DNA of 64,000 nt from Lepidodermella squamata (lineage: Eukaryota > Animalia > Gastrotricha). Below, piece by piece: positions 1-12,377 of this stretch. The DNA lies in NCBI GenBank assembly GCA_047495785.1, contig JBLDXI010000048.1, positions 682,001-746,000 on the forward strand, read 5' to 3'. The translations under genes were made by a program, and so were the position numbers. Below the pieces are notes generated by a model that saw only the letters and a program-made list of their open reading frames with translations, was not told the origin of the DNA and did not search any database. Position 1 is the first letter of the stretch; each line of letters starts with the position of its first letter.

Positions 1-130
1 TGTTTTGCCGAAAGCTACTACCACATACACCCCGAGAAGAATGCGGCCTATGCGCGCAATTTTCTTTGAATTAACTCGAAATTATTTTGGCTTTGATTTG
101 AATAATGTCGAATTCATAATTATTCCCCGT

Positions 131-1190
131 AGGTCTCTCATGCGGCAAGGCACAATTGCAGCGTTGTTCGCCGATGGCACAATGATGGTGGCCCGTGGGA
201 ATACGCCTGAAGAAGTCAAGGCGAAGCTAGAGGCGGATCTTCGCAGTATCGGCGATTGGTTAAACGCCAACCGTCTTAAAGTGATTCCGGATAAATCCAT
301 TATATGTTTTTGTCGAATAAACAGGCTTCTGCCCCAGCGATCCAATTCGGTACAGTCGATCTACCGCCACCTGACCACGTGAAGATCCTTGGAGTCTATC
401 CGGACACAAAGCTCACCATGGAAAAGCACGTCGATCATCTGATCAAAGCCGCTAGAAGTGGTACCTACGCACTACGTTAAGCGGCTCGGCACACCGATCT
501 GAAGACTCGAACAATGATGTACGACGGAATAATTGGGTCGCAATTCAACTACTGCGATGCCATCATCGATCAAGGCTGCAAGACCCAGCTGGATCGACAT
601 CAACACGCGCAAAACAAAGCCGTTCATGCCGTTCTCGACGTCAGTCCTGACGTGCCCGCCGATTAAGTTCTCGTGCGATTGCGATGGGTGAATTTGCAAG
701 GCAAACGACTGGTCCACCTGGCCACAACCGTGTGGAAATGCAGCAGGAATCCTGAGACCCCCGAGGCACTCTCGTCGCTAGTCAAGCCGATGAACCAACA
801 GCATGACCACAACACTCGAGGCGCTGCCACCTGGAAGTTTGGTCAAGCCACCGTGCAAGCTCGCCACAGGCCAGCGCTCGTTTCCAACCAAGGCCATCCA
901 GTGGTGGAACCAGCTACCAGCGAAGATCAGGCTATCTGCTTCTTCAAAGGCGTGCCGGCAAGCCACGCTCGACTTCCTACGCGAACGAGCCAAACACGAC
1001 GCCATCATCAAGGCGAAGGGCGAGCGAAAGAAGAAAGAGCTCAATGCCTCTCTTCAGCCGCAGGTCGCGTACAATCCGTACTCCAAAGCCGCCTTCGACT
1101 ACAACTACGCGCCGAGCTAAATGAGTTTTCCTTAAATTCTATTTTCACAAGCCTATATTCGACCAAATGTAATATATTTTATTTCATTTT
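131..1190 (+). mobile_element. 5'-truncated, decayed non-LTR retrotransposon (LINE ORF2 RT and C-terminus)
   Basis: ALFADG (degenerate FADD) followed by LEADLRSIGDWLNANRLKVIPDKS; frameshifted continuation KILGVYPDTKLTMEKHVDHL...FNYCD and RSFPTKAIQWWNQLP, typical of CR1/L2-like ORF2 C-termini; several stops and frameshifts. Confidence 0.8.
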
Positions 1191-2372
1191 ATAGTTCCGG
1201 CATTAAATTATCCTATATTTTGTCTCCGTGGAATCACCTCTTGCAAATTATCTCTACTCTTGTAAATCATTCTCCAAACTAGTCTTTTGGTAGCTTTCTT
1301 GCTACGACTGCGTTTGTAGGCTTCGCTGAGTGAGTGGAAAAGCCGCCTGGGCCCTGGAGAAACAGTCAGCAATAGCTGGGGTACCATGGGTAGGGACATC
1401 ATTAAACCAGATCAAACTTTCCTAGAGCGTAAGCTCGCGGTTTTCTCACTAGCACCGCCTTATGGCTAAAGCTTGAGTACGTCCGGGCGAGTAGAAATCG
1501 TAATTCCTGACCCTGATCTTCTCCAACATCCTTCCGTCATCTTGCCGACCAAGAATCGCCGACCCGGGCTTGCTAGCTGGTCCTCGCCCACGAGCGCAGC
1601 GGTCACCTACAAAAACAACACGCCGCAACAAACTGCCCTGCTACTATGTGTTGCTAGGTTGCTACTAATGTGTCGCTGCCATGTATCGCGCTTCGCGTAC
1701 AGCCCCGGGGTGCGTTTTTAGTCCGGTCTGAAAGAAGTTCAGTTGGTTCGACTCTTTTTTGAACGGTCTAATAGCATCATTTGCTGCACGTGCCGTGAAA
1801 AATTTAAGACCAAGAAGGCCGTGTTGCCAACATATCAACCTACGTGCTCCTTTGAATGAAGTTGTGGTAATTTTTGGTTATTTCTGAGATGAATTTATTT
1901 TAATTTTCCCCCTTTCACTTGATATTATTGGGTCATTCCAGGTCAATTCGACAAGCGACCGTACCAAGGTTCTCAGAATAGCCCGGAACTATTTTTATCG
2001 GATAGAGCTCAAAAAGTTAGGAAACTTTTATCCTTGTGATTTTTTTCTATGACGCAAAGGTAAGGCTCTAAAATTAAAATTGGAAATCGACTCTATATGA
2101 TAGCAACGGTTGCTAGGTTGCTGGATCTCGCCAGGTATGAACGTTCGAGGGGAGATCTCGTTATCAGATAATCACCTTGATGTACATGAGCGATCAGAGC
2201 GGCGTCTTGCTCTACCTTCGCGGATTATTTTCCAGCACGATCAAAAATATCGCGAAAAATGGCTATTTTCAACATGACTTTTCACCCTTTCGAACCGCTC
2301 CAAACCCCTCGAATCTTATACCAGCGGATTCAGCGCAAAAAACTGTATAACATATGTCGAAACCCCGATGAT

Positions 2373-2468
2373 AAAATTCTTTTTACCGAAATTTAATTTT
2401 ATCCATATTCACACAGCCCATATTCAAGGGCCTTATTCAAAAAATTAAATTTCGGTAAAAAGAATTTT
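2373..2468. repeat. Perfect 28-bp inverted repeat with 40-bp spacer
   Basis: aaaattctttttaccgaaatttaatttt (2373-2400) is the reverse complement of 2441-2468. Confidence 0.9.
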
Positions 2469-2844
2469 TACCTCAACCTACTTATACTGATTATTATTAT
2501 TATTACCATTATTATTATTATTGAAACAACCTTAGGATGTGGCAGTATAATGAGTTCAAGTCCACCGATCGCTGATATTTTACTTTATACATTATACAGT
2601 GCAAATAATTTCAATTTTAATGATGATTCCGATATCTCTGATTTCACTGTCCAACTAATCACAAGTACTTCGAATATAACGTATTATACATATCAATTTT
2701 TAGCCATAACTCGTTTTGAAAGGAGGGGGCTCAATTCGATATAGGTAATTGATGAAATTGAAATGATTAAAATGACAATATTACAAATTATTATTATATT
2801 TATCACAGCACGCGGCCTACGCATCGCATGTTTAACAGCCAGTC

Positions 2845-3592
2845 GGTATTCCGGGATAGCGAGTGTGAATGGTATTCAAGTTGAATAGCGTGCATTTGAA
2901 TACTATTAATTTGATTTGTATGCACATTAAATACTATTCATGAATTCTATTCAGTTTCAAAGTGCGTGCGAAATCGTGAATACTATACAACATTGATGTT
3001 CACACCGCACTTTGAATAGTATTCTAATTCGATTTTTTGTACACCGTTTTCGACTACCGCATTTTTGAGTACTCTTGCACTAGTGGTACTGATAAACTTT
3101 CGGGAAATCTCAAACTTGGCCCTTATTTTTTATGCCTGACGAAGCCTGATTTCTGCCTTGAAGAACACCTCTAAACACATCGATGACGAAGTTACGAAAG
3201 ATGGCAACACCTGGATTTAATATATAATAGATCCCTAGAAAAGGGCTAGTCTGATTTTCAAAACGTTTTGAAGATGACTTTCATCTTCCAAGAGGTAGAT
3301 ACGAAGCCATATGAGTTACAGGGCAATTAGAACAGAAATTATAGTATTTAAAAGCAGAGTTATATAGCGTGAGATGCTTCGTACTAATATCTAAAAAGTA
3401 TTCAATTCGGTAATCGCAAATCGAACTTGAATTACATTCAACTTAAAAGCGCGGACCAATGTTGAATTAGTCACATTTTCGCGCACACTTGGATGTTGAG
3501 TTGTATTCATTATGAATAGCATTCAAATGAATAGTATTCAAACGCACGCTATTCAACTTGAATACTAGCCACACTCGCTATCCCGGAATACC
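2845..3592. mobile_element. MITE-like non-autonomous element with long terminal inverted repeats
   Basis: ggtattccgggatagcgagtgtg at 2845 is the reverse complement of cacactcgctatcccggaatacc ending at 3592; imperfect pairing continues inward over roughly 150 bp of gaata/tattc-rich sequence; no ORF; no clean TSD. Confidence 0.8.
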
Positions 3593-6292
3593 TTAAAGGG
3601 AAAATACAGGGCTTGGGACCTGTCATAATTCAGTATTTGACGGTCTAAGGACGCTTTTATCACCAGGGTAGCAAGGGCCCTCGCTTTTTGCAAGTTTTCT
3701 TTTGATCAAGTGTATTTAAATATATTTTTGAGTAAATTGAACATTTTAAATTCATAATATTAATTTTGGTGAAAAGCTGGCTTCCTTGGCAACGAATTAC
3801 TAACCTTGAAAGTGCGATCGAACCAAAACTGTGGTAATTATTCGATGTAATCGTATGTCTGAGGCGATAAAACTGTCTTATGTCTTATGAAGTGCGATCG
3901 ACTAGTGTCGCTCATGGATGCCTCTCAGTTTTTTGTTGAAGGTTGTTGACTGATGTGGTGCGACTTTCGAGTTCGAGTTTCTGAAACGAATACGCCCGCA
4001 GCCACCGCTTAAGGGCGTAGTCGTGGGTTGCCATATTCCTTTAATGGTCGGAAGGTTCAGAGGAACCATTATCTAAATCGTTTGTCGTCATCCTCAGTCA
4101 GGACCGGTTATATGCGTTCAGCTGAAGGGCTGTGCAGCCAGCACAGTCCTCTCGGATGTTTGTGGGACTAGCCACTACGCTGGCGTTATGGTCATGTCGT
4201 TGGATGGTGCATGGCTTGACAGTACCCTCCCTACCCCTGCGCTACCCTACCATCAACGTTTTCAAGTTTTCAGCTCGACAGCGCCGTAATATTTCTATCT
4301 GTTTGTCCGTACATAATGAAGTTTTTCTGCTGAGCACTTCAGCTCGAACGCACTTTTATACAATTGGTAGGAACACTAGCTCGACATCTACCATCTTGAA
4401 AAATGTCCAAATCGTTTCTAAGATAAGTATGTTACATATTTTAATGACAAATGGAGTGCAAGAGTTTGCACGTCAAACTTTTGAAAAGTGCTGGAAGTGA
4501 TGAGATCTGCATGAAGACTGAAGACTCCTAGCTCCTCTTTGGCGTCCTTGCTCGGTGCCCTGGCCACGACCGAAAGCGAGCGCAAGGAGGAGATGAATGA
4601 ATGAGATGCAAGGACGAGATATTTTCACCCGTGAGAACGTAGAGAAATGTTTTTTATGAAAAATGGAAAAAATGAATAATGAAACAAAATTTCTGTAACA
4701 TTTTTAATCGATCGCATCAAAACCAATACGTAATACCGTTTCAAGATGCCATTTAAGCCCCAACCAACGACGTAGTTCCTTCCCCAAACTTTCCAGCTTA
4801 AGTTTTTGTCACTTTTTACCTGCTCAAATGCCGATGGGCTTACAATTCGCGAACACTCAAGCTTGTTCACAATTTTGTTGCTCTTTAATCGCTGTAATTC
4901 GTTAAAAGCCGTTAATTCTGCTCGAGACAACTTATTAACTACGGTCCAGCCTCTTTTCAACGATGCTCGAACCAACGCAGTCGCGGCAGCAGCGACAGCT
5001 ATCGAGCGAGAAGAAACCGCAGCGCGTCCACCAAACTTTAATCGAATCTCGTGTAATACATCTTTATTTCTGCCAGTTTCGGTGATAAAGTAACTAAAAA
5101 GTATTCCGTTGTTTGACTTTGCTTGTTGACTCGGGAATTCGCTTTCGGGCGTTAGTACACCAGTGTTATTTTAAGGCAAAGTTCGGCGTTTACACCTATC
5201 CACCTTATGTGTAACGGAATTTATCAGTATAATATTGTAGAAAATGTATTCCGAAAATAACATTGCCTTCTTTGAAGCGATTATTGGAAGCTGCCGAACT
5301 AGCAGTAAACCAAAATTTCAGGAAGTGCGAGCGAAACCAGCTTAAAATTTGATATTATGCTGGAATTAGTGATGAGAATAGCCTAAAATTGCTCCAAAAT
5401 AATGAAGATCTTTCAAAATAATTTAATAGATAAATCGCAGTTCATATTTCATACGCGATGAAACATCGTAATGATTGCTCAAAATATACAACCAAATTTG
5501 AGTCTCTCCTAACGTTTATTTCTCGGAAATAGCGTTAACAATTTAATCAGTGGTGTAGTACCTACTGTGTCGCGCCATTTACACTATCAAAGATGCCAGA
5601 AGCGAATAAATGGATGTACGCGAGCAGAAAAATAAGAGTTTTGCAGGCCAGGCAGGCAGGCTGCAGGCAGGACAATTTGAACGTTGAAAATGCATTACAT
5701 TGTGGAGCCACTTAAAAATTTAACTTTGGCGCGCACGCTGATTGGTCAATTGATCGTTGCTATGACTCTAATAAATCCACTAATAAATTATTTTTTATTT
5801 ATGCAAAAAATGACCTTGCCACACCCTCTGCACGGTTTCCATTGACCCCGAGCGTAAACTCCATATTAATCGTGGCAAATTACTGCGGCAAAAACACTTG
5901 TTGCAAAAACTTTAATGGATCGCACGACTGAACGTTTCATCCGGGAGTCATTGCAACGATCGATTGACCAATCGGCGTGCGCGTCAGGATTGGACTTTTA
6001 AGTGGTTCCACAATGTAGATGAGAGAGTTGGAAGTTTCCAGACCAAGGTGCTTCATAAGCATCGGCAGGTTTTGGATTCCGGTGTTTACTCCGCCTATTT
6101 TCGGTGTTTACATTGTAAACCCTTGAAACCCCTTAAAAACTGGTTAGTACTTTCGGTCCTAAGGTGAAATTATTCGCAACTAGTAAACTCATATTTGCAT
6201 ATGCACAACTGCTCGAAACCAAATTTTACGGTAAGTCTTCTCCAGTCTGAATCCTGCCTAAAGTCGTTACAAAATTATGCCCCAAATTTTCA

Positions 6293-6412
6293 CTCGGGTA
6301 ATAAATCCATGTTTATTCTCACGATATTTTAGCCCCAACTTCGAGTCATCATTCATGATGACTCGAAACTGCACAAGTATTCTTGCTAAAATATCGTGTT
6401 AATTACACCGAG
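6293..6412. repeat. Nested foldback (small palindromic element)
   Basis: cacgatattttagc (6320-6333) pairs with gctaaaatatcgtg (6385-6398); inner ttcgagtcatcat-tc-atgatgactcgaa hairpin (6340-6367); outer ctcgg/ccgag. Confidence 0.75.
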
Positions 6413-6556
6413 TCAAAAATACTCTACGATTCGATACCAACATTTATCGGTTCGGCACTCCATTTTTTCTAGTGTAATACCTATATGCTGTATTTACTTG
6501 CGCTGCTCCGAGAAATAATTCAGAGCTGAACTACCGTTTCAGTCGTTCTGAATATC

Positions 6557-7123
6557 ATGAACCATTTTATAGTTTCCAACCAAGCTAAATCGGCTTACTC
6601 GTCATTACAAGGTGATGTACTCGACGCAAGTAGTTTTGCAGTTTCAATTTGCATCGAAGCCTGCCAAAAGCAGAAATGCGTATGCAGCATGCACAACCGC
6701 GCAATTCCAGGATCTCTTTGTCAATTGCGATGCATGAGAAACGCGATGGCAATCACGCTACTGATTTGTGGTTGTCTATTTTCATTGCTGTTTCTACTCA
6801 TACTTACCTACGAATTCCATAATTTTGCTACTGTTTCGCAGCAGGAAAATGAACTCAGCCGGAACGCTACGGATAGTAAATCTGAATTCAAGGGTCTATG
6901 GCGGAGAGCCGATGTTTTCTTGACAATGATAGCAGCCCTGATGCTATTTGGCGCCATTTCCATCGTCGGCAAGGCGATATTCAAAGGAATGCAGATTCGA
7001 ATAGATGCTATCGAAAAAGAACTGGAAAAAGTTACTGAATCTCTATTCAAAGCATCCGAAAAGAGCAAGGTCCAGGCAGATGAAAGTGGACACATTTTGT
7101 TAAACACAGCAAATAACAATTGA
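6557..7123 (+). CDS. Orphan two-transmembrane protein with C-terminal coiled-coil-like tail
   Basis: 188-aa ORF; hydrophobic segments AITLLICGCLFSLLFLLILTY and VFLTMIAALMLFGAISIVG flank a loop with an NAT sequon; tail IRIDAIEKELEKVTESL; AATAAA near 7224. True start may be an internal Met. Confidence 0.55.
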   Translation: MNHFIVSNQAKSAYSSLQGDVLDASSFAVSICIEACQKQKCVCSMHNRAIPGSLCQLRCMRNAMAITLLICGCLFSLLFLLILTYEFHNFATVSQQENELSRNATDSKSEFKGLWRRADVFLTMIAALMLFGAISIVGKAIFKGMQIRIDAIEKELEKVTESLFKASEKSKVQADESGHILLNTANNN

Positions 7124-7260
7124 TAATTTCTGATCATTTGAATTCAATGGGAAACTCATCTGTGATATTCATAATATTGTATATTTTTTGTTTAGTTTAC
7201 TTTGATGTGGCTAAAATATAATCAATAAATCAATTTTTTGAAAACTTGTGTTTTCGCAGT

Positions 7261-8190
7261 TTAACTGAGGTCGTGCGAAACCTGAAGCTTGTCGTACATC
7301 TCTTGCAGAACTCTAAAAAAGAACTGCATTGCTGTTCAGGAGTGATGAACAATGGGAACGAACTTAGCTAAATCGCCATGCCCACTTGTAAGCATCGCGT
7401 CCAAAAAGTGTCGCCACTTGGAACAATCTTTCGCAACGTAGCCGACTAGCAGTAATTTCACTTTCTCCGAGTCGAGTCTCTGCAAATAAGCCGAAAGTAG
7501 AGTTGACAATAAAAATTTAACTTTAAACCTCTTTCGAAATCTCTCGTAAATCTTCAAGAGTGACAACCCTTGCCAAGTGCGTACTGAGCTTTGAATAATC
7601 AATCAAGGGAACGAGATGTTCCAGTGAATCTGTGATGACCTTCTCTACGATCTTTCTTTCTCTGCTCAGGTCTCCAAAAGGATTCATCGCATTAACTTCT
7701 GATCTTTGCGGGCTGTTGACTATTTCCTGGCGTACAGCAATGAAGTCAAATTCGATCCCACCGCAGATCTCATATTGCTGTTTTAGCATCCTTCCGATGG
7801 AATTATTTTATTTTGGACGACGTGACCTAATGTGTTGTGTACAACTGTACCTGGCCAGTTCAGCGTCGTAGATTTCAAGAGCAGTGTTGAGTCTTTGCCA
7901 GGCCTGGACACTTCTACCAACGTAGCAGTCGAAAAGCTCGTCGATTTTAAGCGCATCTGTGGGCTGTTTGAGCAAAATTTTCAGCCTTATAATATCAAAT
8001 TGCATTTGTGTAATACTTTGGCATCTATCGTTTTCATTTCTTGTTGAGATACGACATCATTCGCCAGAAGAGTTGTTCGGAAAAACTGAAATTTGATTGA
8101 ATTCTGAAAAAGCTCTCGCACTTTATTCAAAGCTCTTTGAATGATTTCGAGCTGCTTCACTGAGACATCAGGATCAAGGTCAGATCGCAT
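7261..8190 (-). CDS. Tandem CARD-only protein (238 aa, 5 exons)
   Basis: Exons 8190-8017, 7963-7851, 7790-7529, 7479-7364, 7312-7261 are joined by GT-AG introns of 53, 60, 49 and 51 nt into one 717-nt open frame. Two alignable helical repeats (VVSQQEMKTIDAKPTDALKIDELFDCYVGRSVQAWQRLNTAL / VVTLEDLREISKERLDSEKVKLLLVGYVAKDCSKWRHFLDAM) fit CARD helix 3-6 patterns. Confidence 0.7.
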
Positions 8191-8476
8191 CGCTTAAAAA
8201 TTGATGAACTCAGTTGAGGCCCAGGACGCTAACTGTCAGATTTTAGCAACACAAAATAGCAAATTAGCACCGTTTGTGATAATGATAAGAGCATGTTATC
8301 TACATGTGTTATCTATAAGACTTGCCACGAAACAACGATGACGCATAATAGACCCTGATACTTGCCCACATGAATTCATTTATTGACGGAATTCAAGTCA
8401 ATAGAAAACTGGCTTAAAATGAAGCAGCACATTGAAAAAATAGGAAAAGTCACAGGCACATAGACTTAGTAACTTT

Positions 8477-9146
8477 TCAGTTATCCTTATCGATATAAGC
8501 AAAAATCTGATGCTGATCAGCGTAACGGCAAAGGCTGCACTTCGGCCCTGATACGTTGAGGGGGCACCGCTCAGCATGACCCGAAACTCGTAATTCATTC
8601 AACAAATCCTGAACACCGGCATCATTCTGAGGAAGCGACTGCAGAAGTCGAACAGTTTCATCCGCCAGTTGAACAGCCAAGCTTTCATCACCGATCAAAG
8701 CCGCGGTCTCGATAACGCATAGAATGGTCACATTCCGTCGAGATAGGATCCATTCACGGCAGAAGGTGTCTAAAGCTTGGCTTGCCGTTGGCTGGCTACA
8801 GACATATTGGAAAAAGCTGTTGTCGAACGCTCTTTGGAACATTGGCTGCAAACTAGCCGCCTGCATTTTGCTGCAGAGTCTCTCAGCATTGAACGATCGC
8901 TGTCGGCATTTTTCCACCACTGGCTCGAAAGTCGGAAGGACCATGTCTCGTTTAAAAATCTATCATCAAAAAGAAGCAATTAGCTGTTATCTTCGAGTAC
9001 CCAGTTTCAACCCAAGAGATATAATGATACAAACAGGGGATATTGGGCCTTATTTCTCAGGAATGAACTTTTTATCGCTCACTCACTGTTGCTAAATTTT
9101 GCTTATCAGCAGTGCGCAGGCTGTTTGCGTAGGTTTTTGCTGGCAT
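8477..9146 (-). CDS. Orphan 180-aa protein with possible death domain (2 exons)
   Basis: Exon 1 9146-9087 (MPAKTYANSLRTADKQNLAT, donor gtgagt), exon 2 8959-8477 in frame. QPTASQALDTFCREWILSRRNVTILCVIETAALIGDESLAVQL resembles death-domain helices 4-6. Gene model is better supported than the domain call. Confidence 0.5.
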
Positions 9147-10059
9147 CAACGCTTCCGGTTGTTATCTTGATATCCGTGCGTTCGCGTGCAATTTGCTGCC
9201 AGCAATACTTTAGTCCCTGCTTTGGCTTGCCTTCTGTTTTGGCGCAACTAATAAGACCACGTATTATCTCAATACTAATTTGCTATTTAAACGTATAATA
9301 TAATCTGTCGACGCCATCAAAATCTGAATAGCCTCTCCTTTATACAGGATAAATGAGGGGGAGAGTTTCGTTTTTGATAAAACAAAACAAGGCTTTTATT
9401 TATGTTTTTGTTTATAAATATAACGGCTGAGTTGAGGAAAACTGCCGAGGCACGTTTCATCAGCCTTGTTTAAGACTGATTGAAGAGTGGACATCGTCTC
9501 ATTCATGGAAGAATTCGTTGGTGTAAACGGCGTGAAAAGACTTCATTATTATTCAAAATGACCGTCTGTAGTCGGCAAATTACCTGCCCTGAGAGTGATT
9601 ATAATAATAAAGTGTGAGCACCACCTTGCAGTGCGATCTTAGTTCAGGTAAATTACTACGCTGAATGCTAATGGTCAAAAGGCGTTAGCGATAGAGTTTT
9701 TTGTAGCATGAATCTGCGAGGCCTGAAAACTGTTCAGATGAAACTCCTTATCACAAAAAAGCTTTCAGTTGAATTGAAGCAGCCCAAGTGCTCGAACAAG
9801 AAAACGTTGTAACGGACTGGTTGACCCCATATCCCTAGATAAATAATCCTAATGGCCCATGCACGCTTGTATTTGAGTTAGCTAAAGAAACAATTGGCAA
9901 ATAAAATTCACATTCAATAGGATTTCTTGACCTGTACAAGAGTGTCACCAGTCTTCAGCTTCCTATGAAGATTCATAGCAGTTGAAAAATGTACAGAATT
10001 TCTGAAAATGTATTTCTTGTCCTTTATTTCAGCAAGAAATATGACAAAAACAAAAGGTA

Positions 10060-10449
10060 TTAATAAGAATTCGATTGTTCCAAGGCTGGGATTCGGCTCT
10101 TCAACGCTTTTTTCGCTCTCCGAACGTTAATGTAACTGACACATATGACGATGGTGATGACAATGTTAGCGGCGCTCGCTATGATTACGACCCAATTCAG
10201 GGCCATATAAGTATTCGATCGTCGCCTTGGTTTAATTGCGTGATCGAGAACTATGTCCCTTAATTCTTCGACGGTTGTATTTGCCGATTGTGCTTTGATC
10301 TCAGCTGGGATATATCGATTCGGTTCATCGATGCAAGCCATCGCGATGAAACAAGCTGGCCATACCAGCATCAGGACGAGATTGACGGCGATCAATAGCC
10401 TGCTAGCCTTTTCGGGTAGAATGAATTGGGAGCAAACAGGAGAACCCAT
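10060..10449 (-). CDS. Orphan two-transmembrane protein
   Basis: 129-aa ORF; hydrophobic segments LLIAVNLVLMLVWPACFIAMA and MALNWVVIIASAANIVITIVICVSYI, loop with NTT sequon, basic tail; AATAAA about 30 nt after the stop. Confidence 0.55.
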   Translation of the reverse strand: MGSPVCSQFILPEKASRLLIAVNLVLMLVWPACFIAMACIDEPNRYIPAEIKAQSANTTVEELRDIVLDHAIKPRRRSNTYMALNWVVIIASAANIVITIVICVSYINVRRAKKALKSRIPALEQSNSY

Positions 10450-12377
10450 TTAATAAGTTATAAAATCTAATATTATGGTAGGAATAAGGAATTGTTCATT
10501 AATGTTGTAAATATCCAGCAGAACAATACGAGACATCTTAATCCCGAACGTTTGCGAAAGAAGGCTCTCTGAATTTCAGCATCTGGGTAAAGTCTGTTGC
10601 AAGCAGTAACACACTATAGCTGCTACCCCACCGCCGCTCATTTCTCGAACAACACAGGGCATCATGATAAATCGAGAAGCAAGATGGAACATATATGTAC
10701 CAGAAACTAATTTTTTAAATTGCTGGAGCTAATAGAAAAAAATTGCGGGAGTGTTATTGTGACATTGACGACCTTTGAACGACGAAGGAGGCTTCCGATC
10801 TATCGTCCTTTAGAAGATTAATGCGTAATTATTTTGAAAAAAAACGAAACAAATGATGGGAGTGGGGCAGCGCACGCGTCCGCAAATCACGTGTGGAACG
10901 TGGCGGGACTGCGCCGCAATAAAATGATTGATGAGTAACGGTGGTTCATCAACTAGCTGGTAGAATAGGTACTGAAAGTACTGAAATGGAAATCGGGCAG
11001 CAAACATTGATTACATGCTTATCATTCATCTAGCGTAGTCATCCTGCTATAGTGTGTTCCGTAAGTAAGGCAAGTAAATAAATCGCCGGCTTTACCGTCT
11101 CAATAATTCAAAAACTGGCGCCTTGGGACTCGTGGGTTTCGATGGAATTTTCGACTCCAAAAATGAAAGGCCAAAGCAGGTGAACTTGACTGAACTTGCG
11201 CACGATTTCCTAGGTAGCGCAATCGCCTGCAAAATTCGGCAAAATAAGAAATAGTGAAAACTCGGATGATTCATCTTGACACAACTAGTTGGGTATACCG
11301 ACTTTCGCTCGCTTCGCTTATTTATTATTCGAACTGAATGTAACCACCCATCGGTAAAAATCGATTTTTTGCGGTCAAATCCTTCGAATTCGAATTTGAA
11401 ACGCTAAAACACGACTCGAAACACGAATTTACCTCTGACTGGTGAACAGAATTTCAATAAAATTTGGCCAACTCATCAATTTTAACGGGAACAAGGAATT
11501 GAAAAAGAAAACACGTGAGAGGCTCGTCCACTTTTCTTTACTTGCGAAAACACGCTTCGTTACAGCGCAGATGATTGTTCCGTTCAATTAGGAAACGAAT
11601 ATATGAGAAATGTTGCTAAATATCGAGATAATACTTGCTAGAATATCAGTGCAAAGACGGTCTCAACTTTTTATATATCGGTAAGAGAAGCAGAGGTGCA
11701 TGCGAACAATAAGCAAACAATGGTACAGCATATATTTAAAATAATGATTGAAACAATAAGACTGGCAAGTGGCAAATTTTTCCTTGGCTTAGTTACACAA
11801 CGGCTGACCAACAAAAATTCAGGCGTGACATGGCGAAAAAATACAAAAAGCAACGACGGCAAGAGAACAAAGAAATATATGCGATCGAATGGACAGGGAA
11901 AAAATGACAGAAAACGAGAAATTTCATATTTTAAACGCCTTGATAGAAATGAATCAATTCGACTGAAAAATGTTCAGATTTTCAATATTGGAACTAAACA
12001 ATTTTAAATTGATTAAATTGATTAATTTTGAAAATGCGAAAATTATAATGAAATTCACTGAAATTTTGAAAAGTCGAGAAAAATCAAAATTTCGCATCTT
12101 CCGAAAGAGTCCGAAAGAATCAATTCAATTATTTCATATTTTTCAAATAAATCTGAAATTTCAATTAAATCACATTTTGAAAATTGAAATCAAAATTCCG
12201 TGTTTGTATTTTGGCTAGATTATTGCGATTTTCTATCTCATTCGAGCGATTCATTTCCACCCAGGGTCAAGGACTAGTTTAGAACAGAAAAAAAGACAAA
12301 AAAATCGCTCGGTCGCACTGAAAGACCGAAATATGAGACACTGGAAAAAACGAGAAAAATTCCGTATTTTTTTCATC

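Noticed and set aside
3870-5330. Possible multi-exon gene around ORFs 4132-4500, 4625-4975 and 4806-5093
   Set aside because: A possible minus-strand exon exists, but I could not build a consistent model or recognise a motif.
7336-8190. CARD pseudogene or frameshifting sequencing errors
   Set aside because: Every break is explained by a canonical 49-60-nt intron giving one open frame.
5520-9510. STAT-type TTCnnnGAA sites (5520, 9502) near the death-fold genes
   Set aside because: Two hits in several kb of AT-rich DNA is about chance level.
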